The position numbers were made by a program, and so were the translations under genes. Under the pieces are notes generated by a model. The model was given only the letters and a program-made list of their open reading frames with translations, was not told the origin of the DNA and searched no databases. From an uncultured delta proteobacterium (GTDB lineage Bacteria; Desulfobacterota; Desulfomonilia; Desulfomonilales; Desulfomonilaceae), in assembly GCA_963789265.1 (NCBI GenBank), contig CAWBKB010000001.1:800001-864000 (forward strand): DNA of 64,000 nt, written 5' to 3'. This document shows, in pieces, positions 42,981 through 52,905 of this stretch (position 1 is its first letter; each line of letters starts with the position of its first letter).

Positions 42981-44297
42981 ATGCGTGAAATTTCCATCGG
43001 ACTGATAGGATTCGGCACTGTGGGATCCGGTGTCGTTCAGATCCTTCAGCGTAATCGAGACATTCTGGAAGCTCGGGCAGGTTTGCCCATTCGCCTCAAG
43101 CGTATCGCGGACAAGGACATTGTATCCGACCGGGGCGTGCAGGTGAATCCTTCGCTGCTCACGACAAATGCGCGGGAAATTCTCGAAGATCCGGACATAT
43201 CCATCGTAGTGGAACTGATAGGCGGGTATGAACCGGCTAAGAGCTTTATATTGGAGGCCTTTCAGAACAAAAAACAGGTAGTGACGGCCAATAAAGCCCT
43301 GTTGGCCGAACACGGACCGGAAATATTTCGCGCGGCCCATGAAGCCGGCGTTGACATAGCGTTTGAGGCGGCAGTGGCAGGCGGGATACCCATACTTCGG
43401 TCGCTGCGGGAAGGATTGGTAGCCAACCGGTTTGAAAAGGTTCTTGCCATACTCAATGGCACGTGCAACTTTATTCTGAGTGCAATGAGTGGGAACCCGG
43501 GTATCTCGTTTGACGAGATGCTGCGGCAGGCCCAGAAACTCGGGTACGCCGAGGCCGATCCGAGCCTCGATGTGGACGGAATCGATGCGGCACACAAGCT
43601 GGTTCTTGTACTAGGCCTGACTCACGGGATTAGAATGCCGGTAAACGGCATCCATGTGGAGGGGATCCGGGGAATCGAGCCGTTTGACGTGATCATGGCC
43701 AAGGAATTCGCTTACAAGATCAAGCTCTTGGCCGTCATTATCAGTCACGGAGACGCGGTCGAAGCGCGGTTGCACCCGACTATGCTTCCCGAACATCATC
43801 CTCTTGCACAGGTAGATGGGGTATTTAACGGCATATACCTTCAAGGCGACATGGTGGGAGAGCAGCTCTTTTACGGTCGAGGGGCAGGGAAGGAACCTAC
43901 CGCGTCGGCCGTGGTGGGAGACGTGATAGAAACCGCGCGGAATATTGTTCGCGGCGAGGCCGGTCGCGTGCCGCCCTTGGGCTACCCCGAGAATTGGAAG
44001 ACAGCCGGCCGCGTGCTGGATATGAAGGAGATCGTAACTAATTACTACATACGCATACAAGCCAGGGACCAACTAGGAGTGCTTTCGAAGATTTCCGGGA
44101 TCATGGCCGATCATCATATAAGCATCCACTCAGTGGTGCAGAAACGGCGGCAAAGTTCCGGAACCGTGCCGGTGGTGTTTCTTACCCATCTGGCCCGGGA
44201 AGCGGACATTCAGGACGCTTGCAGCAAAATCGGGCGACTGGACGCAGTCGAAGGTCCGTTGATAATAATGAGGATAGAAGACGAGGCCCTTGCCTGA
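42981..44297 (+). CDS. hom: Homoserine dehydrogenase with C-terminal ACT domain
   Basis: GFGTVG, VVTANKA, FEAAVAGGIP, GYAEADP..DVDG.DAAHK. Confidence 0.97.
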   Translation: MREISIGLIGFGTVGSGVVQILQRNRDILEARAGLPIRLKRIADKDIVSDRGVQVNPSLLTTNAREILEDPDISIVVELIGGYEPAKSFILEAFQNKKQVVTANKALLAEHGPEIFRAAHEAGVDIAFEAAVAGGIPILRSLREGLVANRFEKVLAILNGTCNFILSAMSGNPGISFDEMLRQAQKLGYAEADPSLDVDGIDAAHKLVLVLGLTHGIRMPVNGIHVEGIRGIEPFDVIMAKEFAYKIKLLAVIISHGDAVEARLHPTMLPEHHPLAQVDGVFNGIYLQGDMVGEQLFYGRGAGKEPTASAVVGDVIETARNIVRGEAGRVPPLGYPENWKTAGRVLDMKEIVTNYYIRIQARDQLGVLSKISGIMADHHISIHSVVQKRRQSSGTVPVVFLTHLAREADIQDACSKIGRLDAVEGPLIIMRIEDEALA

Positions 44298-44336
44298 TTG
44301 CCGGGAGACCGGCCAAATGACATTACCGGAGGTAGA

Positions 44337-45395
44337 ATGAATATCTGGAAGGGAATTATTAGGCAGTATCCGGAGTTCTATCATTTTGACAACCAGGACC
44401 ACGTCATCACGATGCTGGAAGGAAACACTCCGCTGATTCCCGTACCCCGGCTTGCCGCAAAGATCGATCCGGGGATCAAGCTGTTCCTGAAATTTGAGGG
44501 GCTGAACCCGTCATGCTCTTTCAAAGACCGGGGCATGACTATGGCTGTATCCCGAGCCGTAGAAACGGGCGCGAAGTCGATAATCTGTGCCTCCACCGGT
44601 AATACGTCAGCTTCCGCCGCGGCTTACGCTGCTCGAGCCGGCATAAGAGCTTTCGTGGTGATTCCCGAAGGGAAGATCGCACTGGGGAAGCTTGCTCAGG
44701 CAATGATACATGGAGCAACCGTGATCAAAGTCCTCGGCAACTTTGACCAGGCAATGAAAGTAGTGAAGGAAATCGCGGAGAATTATCCGTTGACGCTGGT
44801 CAATTCCCTCAATCCCCATCGGATCGAAGGCCAAAAATCGCAGGCCTTCGAAATCTGCGATGTATTGGGTGATGCTCCCGATTATCATGTGCTGCCTGTG
44901 GGCAACGCCGGCAACATAACCGCCAATTGGGCCGGGTACAAGGCTTACAGATCTGCCGGAAAGATAAAATCTCTCCCGAAGATGTTTGGGTTCCAGGCCG
45001 AAGGGGCGGCCCCTATTGTGAGGGGTCACGTGATTGAGAATCCCGAAACCATTGCGACCGCCATACGAATCGGCAATCCGGCATCCTGGAAACACGCTGA
45101 AGAGGCTCGCGACGAGTCGGGCGGTCTGATAGACATGGTTAGTGACGATGAGATCGTTGAGGCTTACAAGATGGTGGCTTCAACAGCCGGCGTGTTCTGC
45201 GAACCGGCCTCGGCCGCTTCCATCGCAGGGGTGATAAAGAAGAGCAAAGAAGGGCTCTTCACCAAAGGCGACAGGATTGTTTGCACACTTACAGGACACG
45301 GGCTCAAGGACCCGGATAATGCTATCAGGGTATCTGTTGAGGCGGTAACCTGTGAGCCGGAGATAAAGAAGGTGTTGAATGTCCTCGGACTCTGA
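44337..45395 (+). CDS. thrC: Threonine synthase
   Basis: EGNTPL, NPSCSFKDRGM, CASTGNT, PVGNAGN, TGHGLKDP. Confidence 0.96.
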   Translation: MNIWKGIIRQYPEFYHFDNQDHVITMLEGNTPLIPVPRLAAKIDPGIKLFLKFEGLNPSCSFKDRGMTMAVSRAVETGAKSIICASTGNTSASAAAYAARAGIRAFVVIPEGKIALGKLAQAMIHGATVIKVLGNFDQAMKVVKEIAENYPLTLVNSLNPHRIEGQKSQAFEICDVLGDAPDYHVLPVGNAGNITANWAGYKAYRSAGKIKSLPKMFGFQAEGAAPIVRGHVIENPETIATAIRIGNPASWKHAEEARDESGGLIDMVSDDEIVEAYKMVASTAGVFCEPASAASIAGVIKKSKEGLFTKGDRIVCTLTGHGLKDPDNAIRVSVEAVTCEPEIKKVLNVLGL

Positions 45396-46608
45396 AAAAA
45401 AATACATTATTCTTGTCCCTGACGGAATGGCCGATTCTCCTGTCTCTGAATTAGGTGGCCAAACTCCACTAAAAGCTGCGAGGACTCCCTGGATGGATAA
45501 GATGGCCTCATCAGGGGTTGTGGGGGTAGCCCGAACCATTCCGGATGGGATGGAGCCTGGTAGCGACGTAGCCAATTTGTCCATCATGGGATATCCTCCG
45601 TCGTCAGTTTATACCGGTAGGGCCCCTCTTGAAGCGGCCTCAATGGGAGTCGACCTGCGGCCGAACGATGTTGCTTTCCGGCTAAACCTTGTGACCCTGG
45701 AACGCAATTACACCATCATGGCCGACCACAGTGCAGACCACATTTCCACCGCGGAAGCACACGAAATAGTAGCTTCTCTACAGCCGGAAGCGGAATTAAT
45801 GGGGCTTACCATAGTGCCGGGGGTCTCGTTCAGGAATCTTCTCGTCTGGCCGGATGGTCCGAGTGGTTGCGTGACCCATGCCCCTCATGACTTTCCATCG
45901 GGGGAGCTTGCCAGAAAGTTTCCTTCAGGAGAAGGAGCCGACCTGCTGCTGCGCCTAATCATCAAGTCCTGGAAACTTCTTGAAGACCATCCGGTAAACG
46001 AACGGCGAATTAAACGGTGCCAGGGCCCGGCTAATTCAGTTTGGCCATGGGGGCAAGGGAAAGCTCCCAGAATTCTGACACTCGGAGACAGATTCGGCAT
46101 TACAGGCTCTGTCGTTGCCGCTGTGGACTTAGTTCGCGGCATCGGCAAGTATGTGGGTCTGGAAATAATAGATGTGCAAGGCGCCACCGGTTACATCGAC
46201 ACCAACTACCAGGGTAAGGTCGAACGTGCTCTGGACTCACTGAAGGAGAAGGATTTCGTGTTTCTCCATGTCGAAGCCCCTGACGAAACTTCTCACTCGG
46301 GCCAACTCGACCTGAAGATCAAGGCGATTGAGGATTTCGACGACAAGGTTGTCGGACCTATGTTGGCTGGGCTGTCGGCGTTCCCCAGGTGGCGTATCCT
46401 TCTGATGCCGGACCATCATACCCCGTTGGCCACCAGAACTCACTCCGCCGATCCGGTCCCGTTTATTCTGCTCGATTCGCGACAATGGAACTCTTCCGGA
46501 AAAGACGCTTCCCTTGGTTTTACGGAAGAGGCCGCGTCTGCTTCGGGTCGATTGGTAGAGGATGGATCAAAGATGATAGAGATGCTGCTGAACAAAGGAG
46601 TAGATTAG
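45379..46608 (+). CDS. apgM: Cofactor-independent phosphoglycerate mutase family protein (ApgM type)
   Basis: DGMAD, PGSDVAN, HVEAPDE..H, PDHHTP..THS.DPVP. Confidence 0.88.
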   Translation: MSSDSEKKYIILVPDGMADSPVSELGGQTPLKAARTPWMDKMASSGVVGVARTIPDGMEPGSDVANLSIMGYPPSSVYTGRAPLEAASMGVDLRPNDVAFRLNLVTLERNYTIMADHSADHISTAEAHEIVASLQPEAELMGLTIVPGVSFRNLLVWPDGPSGCVTHAPHDFPSGELARKFPSGEGADLLLRLIIKSWKLLEDHPVNERRIKRCQGPANSVWPWGQGKAPRILTLGDRFGITGSVVAAVDLVRGIGKYVGLEIIDVQGATGYIDTNYQGKVERALDSLKEKDFVFLHVEAPDETSHSGQLDLKIKAIEDFDDKVVGPMLAGLSAFPRWRILLMPDHHTPLATRTHSADPVPFILLDSRQWNSSGKDASLGFTEEAASASGRLVEDGSKMIEMLLNKGVD

Positions 46609-46699
46609 GGTACGTGAGGGACAAGGTCTCCTACCAATGCGCGTGCAACTGAGTGACAATCCGCCATAGTGCTGGTTAAGCTTGGCAACTTACCTCCTA

Positions 46700-46941
46700 T
46701 CCGTCACCCCGGACTCCGATCCGGGGTCCAGTCTGGATGCCCGCCTGCGCGGGCATGACGACAGGCAAGATGCCTGTCCCACGCGAAGCAGTGTCACTCT
46801 TTGGAAAGCGAATCGGCATCAGAAATCCTATCTTACTTTCTCGTTCCCCTGCCCGCCTGGGAACGAGAAAAAGCAGCTTCTTCTCCGGTGGGACGGGCAT
46901 CTTGCCCGTCGCTTAATAACGGGCAAGATGCCCGTCTCACT
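46700..46941. repeat. Cluster of intergenic palindromes between convergent genes
   Basis: CGTCACCCCGG..CCGGGG..CCCGCC..GCGGGCATGACG; ACAGGCAAGATGCCTGTCCCAC; GTGGGACGGGCATCTTGCCCGT..ACGGGCAAGATGCCCGT. Confidence 0.75.
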
Positions 46942-46947
46942 AAGAAT

Positions 46948-49905
46948 TCAGCGTGGCGCGACATCTGCCGGGGCAAAGCCCCTCCTTAATGTGTTTTCGC
47001 TTATGCTCCTTATATTCATAAAGCGCAAAAGATAGTCAGGTCCTCCTGCCTTGGAGCCGACACCCGACATGCCGAATCCCCCAAACGGCTGCCTTCCTAC
47101 AAGTGCACCGGTTATTCTCCTGTTTATGTAGAGATTGCCTACCTGAAGTTCACGACGTGCTTTTTCAATGTTTGCAGGACTCCTGGAAAATATGCCCCCT
47201 GTCAGAGCGTATTGTGTGTCGTTGGCAATGCTTATGGCCCTGTCTATATCCGGCGCCCTCATCACTGTAAGCACAGGGCCGAAGATCTCTTCTCGCGTGA
47301 TTGCAGAATCGGGGTTCGCGTCCGCTATTATGACCGGCCCGACGAAATATCCTTCGCCGGTCGTCTTCCTCACAAGAAGCGGCTTGCCTTCTTTCTCGCC
47401 TATTCCGATGTAGCGCCGGACCTTTCTCAGCGCGGCTTCATCCACCAGCGGTCCCATGCCATTCTGAGGGTTGTCCGGAGGACCGATCTTTACGCTTTCC
47501 ATGGCCTCTTTAAGCCTGACTGTAAATTGGTCGAAGATCTTGCCCACAATGATCGCCCTCGAACAGGCTGAGCACTTCTGTCCCTGGAATCCGAGAGCCG
47601 ATTCCAGTACCCCTTTTATGGCCTCGTCCAGGTCAGCGGTTTCATCTACGATGATGGCATTCTTTCCGCCCATCTCTGCTATAACGCTCTTCACATTCCT
47701 CTGTCCCGGCGATATCTCGCCCACGCGTTTTACAATGCCCAGCCCCACATCCTTTGAGCCAGTAAATGCTATGAAGTCTATTTTCGGATGAGAGACCAGG
47801 TATTCTCCAACTTCGCCACCCGGACCCGGCACGAACTGCAGAATCCCGGGAGGAAGACCGGCGGCTTCGAACACTTCCTGAAGCATTCGGCCACAGATAG
47901 GAGCCAGACCGGACGGTTTGAATATAACGCAGTTTCCCGTGACAATCCCTGCTGACACCATGCCTGTCGGTATGGCCAGGGGGAAATTCCAAGGGGATAT
48001 AACTACTCCTACTCCCTTGGGTTCATAGAGATACTGATTTTGCTCGCCGGGGTAATGCCCAAGAACAATCGGCCTACCAAGCCTTGTCATCTCCCGGCCG
48101 TCGTACTCGAGATAGTCGATCGCTTCAGCGACATCACCGTCCGCGTCTTCCCAACCCTTCCCGACCTCGTACACTTCTATAGCTGCCAATTCGAACCTAC
48201 GATTTCTCATCTCCTCGGCTGCACGGAACAAATAACCGGCCCTTTCCTCGGGGGAAGTCTTAATCCATGCGTCCTTGGCTTTTCGCGCCTCTTCGACCGC
48301 TTTCTCTGCATGGTGTCGGTCGCCGGACGCGACTCTACCTACAATTTCACTCGGCCGAGCCGGGTTTTTCGATTCTATCTCCACGTCGGTCCAAACCTCT
48401 TCTCCGCCCAAGACGATCGCATATCTCTCGTTGAAACGCTGCCGTAATCCCGCCAGGGCTTCGTTCATCTTTTCTCTGTTGAGAGACTTGGAGAAATCGA
48501 CAGGTGGTTCGTTCCTGAAACTGTTCGCATGGGTTTCTTTCTCAATCTCACTATCACCGGGTAGCGGGGCCTTGATCAACTCGTCGAATGGCTGTTGTTC
48601 GAGAAAGGATTTTGTGAGGAAGGATTCGTTCGAAGTGTTCTCGAGCAGTCTCCTGATCAGGTATGCCATCCCCGGAATAAGTTCTCCCAGCGGGGTGTAG
48701 ACGCGGACCCGATAATCCATCTTCCGCAGGGCGTGCCGCACGGGCTCCGCCATTCCGTAGATCATCTGGAACTCAAAGGAATCTCTCGGAAGATTGAGAG
48801 AATCCGCCACGGCTATTGCGTGACTGATGCTTCTGATATTGTGCGTGGCAATGGCGGGACGAATATACCTGGTATTCTCAAGCAATATTGCGGTGAGTTC
48901 TTCGTAGTTGAAATCAGTTTCCGATTTATTCACGAAGACCGGAACAGGCCAACCTTTTTGGCGATTTATTACCGTTTCATAGTCCCAGTAAGCGCCTTTG
49001 ACCAGACGGACCGTAATTCTTCTGTCATTCTTCTTTGCCCATCCGATTATTCCCTGGAGATCTTGCTTAGTTTCTCTGAGATAGCCCTGGAGTGCTATGC
49101 CCGCGAAAGAGAAGACCGAGTGTTCTTCAAGAAGGGCCTCGAAAATGGCGATAGAGAGATCCTTGAGGTAGTATTGCTCCATGTCGAGGGTAATGGAAGC
49201 ACCGGCTTCGCCCGCCATCTCGACTATCGGCCCCAGAGCGAGCTTCAGATTTTCAATAAAACCTTCCCAGTCCATTGGGTCAATCTGCGAGTAAAAGGAC
49301 GTGACTTTTAGCGAGACGTCCATAGATGGGATGTGGCCGTGATCGTCGCTATGGAGAATGGCCGGTCTGTTCCATTCGATAGGTTTACCGCCGAGGAAAT
49401 TCAAAAGCTCGCCATATCTTGCGGCATAATGACTTGCCTCTGTTTCGCTCAGCACCTCCTCACCCAAAAGATCGAGGCTTATATCCAAACCTTCGCTCCG
49501 GAGCCTTGCCAGGGATTTCAGAGAATCCTTTGGATTTGTGCCGGCTATGAATTGTGCGGCAAGCGATTCGACAGTGCTCCTGGTGACCTTCGCGGCCATA
49601 CGGGGAAGAATGCCTTTTCCCGGAATCAGCCCTAACCCCTGACGGAATATCATTGGTGTGCCTTCCAGGCCGGAGAAGTATTCGTTGAGCAATTTGACCA
49701 CAAGCTCATCCGTTTTCAGGCAAGGCAGAACGTCCACAAACCTGAAGAGTTGGATCCTGAAGGCTTCATCCTTCATTGCCCATTCCATGATCTTTCCCTT
49801 CCACCTCCGCCTGTCGAATACGGAGGGGACTTGCTCACCGATCAGCGAATAAATTTCACGGCCTGCATCTCTTGTCCTCTCTTCCAGGTCTTGATTCCGG
49901 TCCAT
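46948..49905 (-). CDS. putA: Bifunctional proline dehydrogenase / P5C dehydrogenase
   Basis: RLVKGAYWDYE, ATHN, YLIRRLLENTSN, PWNFP, FTGS, AEMGGKN, GQKCSAC, EEIFGP; no N-terminal RHH. Confidence 0.96.
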   Translation of the reverse strand: MDRNQDLEERTRDAGREIYSLIGEQVPSVFDRRRWKGKIMEWAMKDEAFRIQLFRFVDVLPCLKTDELVVKLLNEYFSGLEGTPMIFRQGLGLIPGKGILPRMAAKVTRSTVESLAAQFIAGTNPKDSLKSLARLRSEGLDISLDLLGEEVLSETEASHYAARYGELLNFLGGKPIEWNRPAILHSDDHGHIPSMDVSLKVTSFYSQIDPMDWEGFIENLKLALGPIVEMAGEAGASITLDMEQYYLKDLSIAIFEALLEEHSVFSFAGIALQGYLRETKQDLQGIIGWAKKNDRRITVRLVKGAYWDYETVINRQKGWPVPVFVNKSETDFNYEELTAILLENTRYIRPAIATHNIRSISHAIAVADSLNLPRDSFEFQMIYGMAEPVRHALRKMDYRVRVYTPLGELIPGMAYLIRRLLENTSNESFLTKSFLEQQPFDELIKAPLPGDSEIEKETHANSFRNEPPVDFSKSLNREKMNEALAGLRQRFNERYAIVLGGEEVWTDVEIESKNPARPSEIVGRVASGDRHHAEKAVEEARKAKDAWIKTSPEERAGYLFRAAEEMRNRRFELAAIEVYEVGKGWEDADGDVAEAIDYLEYDGREMTRLGRPIVLGHYPGEQNQYLYEPKGVGVVISPWNFPLAIPTGMVSAGIVTGNCVIFKPSGLAPICGRMLQEVFEAAGLPPGILQFVPGPGGEVGEYLVSHPKIDFIAFTGSKDVGLGIVKRVGEISPGQRNVKSVIAEMGGKNAIIVDETADLDEAIKGVLESALGFQGQKCSACSRAIIVGKIFDQFTVRLKEAMESVKIGPPDNPQNGMGPLVDEAALRKVRRYIGIGEKEGKPLLVRKTTGEGYFVGPVIIADANPDSAITREEIFGPVLTVMRAPDIDRAISIANDTQYALTGGIFSRSPANIEKARRELQVGNLYINRRITGALVGRQPFGGFGMSGVGSKAGGPDYLLRFMNIRSISENTLRRGFAPADVAPR

Positions 49906-50212
49906 ATTAATCCCTCGGTCTGTGGCGCATGCCTAGCGCGGTGGGTGCTAATTCGGAATTTGGAGGCAGATGGGGCACCTCATGATGAGGCGGGTGTTAC
50001 CGTAAAGCATTTGTCACAAGGTTTGCAACACCGGCAGTCGAGTGACCCCGTCTGTTTGACATCACCAAGCATAATAAACACTTTATGATAGAGGAATGGA
50101 CGGGAAAGGATTTTCGCTTCAACGAAGCGGCAATTGCGATCATTCAACATGATAATGCGAATATAGGCCGCTTTTGCGCCAAGCCTTTAGAGGCTGGCAG
50201 GGAGAAAGAATA

Positions 50213-50575
50213 ATGAGATACACAGCGATCATGTTATCAATCGGTTTGGCCGCTGCGGCAATAGTAGTCCTCGGTGTAGGATCCGGTTACGCGCAATCGA
50301 CTTCAGGAACCGCCTTCTTGCTCGCGTCCGCGGCAATTGGAGGCTCGGTGATTGGAACTGCGGCACCAGGGCCCTTCATGCTAGCGTTCGCCAGACACGG
50401 AAGAGCGTTCCGAGGCGGGCTTTACCGCGGTGGTAATTTCGGCAGAGGTTTCTACGGTTTCTACGGATATCCTGGGTATTCGTACTATTATGGTGAATAC
50501 CCCGAGTACTACGACACAACGCCAGCCCAATCTTGTGTGTGGAACGGATATTCGTACACCTGCTACAACTTTTAA
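50213..50575 (+). CDS. Small secreted Gly/Tyr-rich protein
   Basis: Signal peptide, RGG/YG-rich tail, terminal C..C pair. Confidence 0.6.
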   Translation: MRYTAIMLSIGLAAAAIVVLGVGSGYAQSTSGTAFLLASAAIGGSVIGTAAPGPFMLAFARHGRAFRGGLYRGGNFGRGFYGFYGYPGYSYYYGEYPEYYDTTPAQSCVWNGYSYTCYNF

Positions 50576-51072
50576 GTTAGATCGGTCGTTGGTCAAGGGG
50601 CATCGGGCCGCTAATGTCGTCCCGAAAATAATGCCTCAGATGCGTATGCTCAAGAGAGCAAATTTTTCATTTGACGCGCTCCGCTCGGTTAAAGATCCCT
50701 CTTGATCCCCTTGAAAGAAAAGCGAAAAGCGGCTTTTATCCCCTTTGTAAAGGGACACAGGAGGGATTGTCCTCTCGCTTGCTGCCGGTCTCATGTTGAA
50801 AGTGGAGTCAGGGTTGACCGGGCGGAGCTACCTAATGTATCCTAAAAAATTGTTGGGATCTCGGAGACTTTGCGGAAGTCTCCCATGGGGTCCGTGGGCG
50901 TCAACAGACATCGTGGCCAAAATCCCGTCTGGAGACCTCGGGTTTCGGAGCCACCTCCAATCCGGCATAGCTACGATAAACGTGAACTACCGTCGCTGGC
51001 TGGCCTGCGCGGACGGCTCAAGACACCAAACCCCTTTTCGAGATGTAACACCGGAAAGAATAGGAGCGTTTC

Positions 51073-51930
51073 GTGCCTAAGAAAATGTACCTGGGCATAA
51101 TCGGCGTCTTGGTGGGAATTACCCTTGTGATCATGTCAATAACCGCCAGGAATCGTAGCGGCAAGTTTGCTCAGGCTGCTCTGGACGGAAACACCGCGGA
51201 GGTCGCCAGGTTTCTCGCTGACGGTATGGACGTCAACAGCAGGGCGGCCCAGGGCTTGACCGCTCTCATGGCAGCGTCGAACAAAGGGCGAACTGAAGTA
51301 GTCCAGCGACTAATCAAAGCCGGAGCCGATGTGAACATAGCGAGCAATTCCGGTGGAACCGCTCTCATGGATGCTTCATGGAACAGTCACGTCGACGTGG
51401 TGAAGATGCTGTTGGCAAACGGGGCTGACGTGAATGCAAAAGACAAATTGGGTACCACCGCCTTGGCAGGGGCTATCGGCCAGAATCGAACCGAAGTGGC
51501 TAAAACGCTCATTGAACGAGGGGCTAACGTCAATGTCAGAGCTAATGACGGCAAAACCCCTTTGATATTAGCATGTCGTGATGGATTCACCGCAATGGTT
51601 CGATTGTTGCTGGAAAATGGCGCTAGCCCGAAAGTTGCGGATAAAGAGGGCTTCACCCCTCTCATGTACGCCGCTGTAAAAGGCCGTGTCGAAGCGGCCG
51701 GGCTACTGCTGGAAAAAGGTGCCAACGTCAACGCGGTCGAGAATTCGGGCGGCACCGCTCTTATGCTTGCATCTTACGAAGGTCAGTTTGAAATGGCAAA
51801 GCTGCTTCTTCAGAAAGGCGCGGATGTCAATATCAAGGAGAAGACCGGAAGGACGGCCTTGTCGATGGCTTCGGCAAAAGCTCGCGAACGCGTTGTGCAA
51901 CTCTTAAAGGGACACATGTCTCAGCCATGA
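51073..51930 (+). CDS. Membrane-anchored or exported ankyrin-repeat protein
   Basis: About 7 G.TALM.A...G...V..LL..GADVN repeats after an N-terminal TM. Confidence 0.93.
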   Translation: MPKKMYLGIIGVLVGITLVIMSITARNRSGKFAQAALDGNTAEVARFLADGMDVNSRAAQGLTALMAASNKGRTEVVQRLIKAGADVNIASNSGGTALMDASWNSHVDVVKMLLANGADVNAKDKLGTTALAGAIGQNRTEVAKTLIERGANVNVRANDGKTPLILACRDGFTAMVRLLLENGASPKVADKEGFTPLMYAAVKGRVEAAGLLLEKGANVNAVENSGGTALMLASYEGQFEMAKLLLQKGADVNIKEKTGRTALSMASAKARERVVQLLKGHMSQP

Positions 51931-51951
51931 CCCGGATCGCTGTTGAGCTGC

Positions 51952-52686
51952 TCACGAGACTTTGCAGTCGCTGTCCGGCACACTCTCGCAAAGATTAAGC
52001 ATGATTCCAATTGCGGCGGCCACTAGACTGGGGAATCGGTCCGGGTTTTGTCCGGGCCAGAGCAGGATCGCTTCCTTTTCATTCACAAGCAAAACATCGA
52101 TGTCTCGGCGATGCTCAACGCAGAAACGACGCAGTTCCGGACCGAAAATCCAAGGGGGCGAGGCCGGGCGGCCAAAGAGCGCAAACGACCTGGAGAATTC
52201 TTGGTCATAGGGGAAGCCGTATAGTCGCAAAGCTCGGTTCCAGCGAAATGCTTCCAAGAAAATGCTGGAGTATTTTAGCAACGCTATCTGCCCCGGCAGA
52301 TTGATTTCCTCAGTCGTGACCAGACATACTACTCCACGAAAGATCAAAGGAACGCGCATGAACAGGTTCCAGACGGCAAAATCGGTGATAACAATGTTAA
52401 ATCCCCGCACTCCGCTTTTCAGCGTATTCAATCCTTCGCCGTAGCAGAATGCGGACTCTTCCGGGTGGAAGCGAGATAACCTCGGCAAGAAAAATTCAGA
52501 CAAGGACGGATATCTTGTTTTGCGGTTATCGAACTCGAACCCCATTTTCTCGGCGGCATTTTTCCATCGCCGGGCCTTTCTGCTTTCAATGATGACCCCT
52601 GCGATATCTCCTGCGAGAAAGGCAACGACGAACACAATGCCACATACAACGAAATATATAGCGGAGTGCGCATCTTGGATGCCCAT
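51952..52686 (-). CDS. Hypothetical protein with N-terminal TM
   Basis: 244-aa ORF with RBS; TM followed by RRWKNAAEKMGFEF. Confidence 0.65.
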   Translation of the reverse strand: MGIQDAHSAIYFVVCGIVFVVAFLAGDIAGVIIESRKARRWKNAAEKMGFEFDNRKTRYPSLSEFFLPRLSRFHPEESAFCYGEGLNTLKSGVRGFNIVITDFAVWNLFMRVPLIFRGVVCLVTTEEINLPGQIALLKYSSIFLEAFRWNRALRLYGFPYDQEFSRSFALFGRPASPPWIFGPELRRFCVEHRRDIDVLLVNEKEAILLWPGQNPDRFPSLVAAAIGIMLNLCESVPDSDCKVS

Positions 52687-52905
52687 CTTCCCGCTCCCTT
52701 CTTCCTTCTTGGAATGAAGATATTCATTTAATCTCCTTTGGCCAGGTTTAGTTCAGGATTCGAGTCGGAAAACGAGACTGAAGCACCATCACTCAGAAAT
52801 AACAGGGGTTCCTTCAAAGGCTCCGGTGAGATACAATTAGAAGATGTTCCTTCGAATTGCTCCGGTCAGCAGGTCGCGCGATGGGAAATCGGCCTTCTTG
52901 GAGTA

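Noticed and set aside
42630..43595. 321-aa minus-strand ORF and similar long antisense ORFs (e.g. 48595-49311, 55540-56205, 19042-19731)
   Set aside because: Shadow frames of well-supported genes with no recognisable motifs
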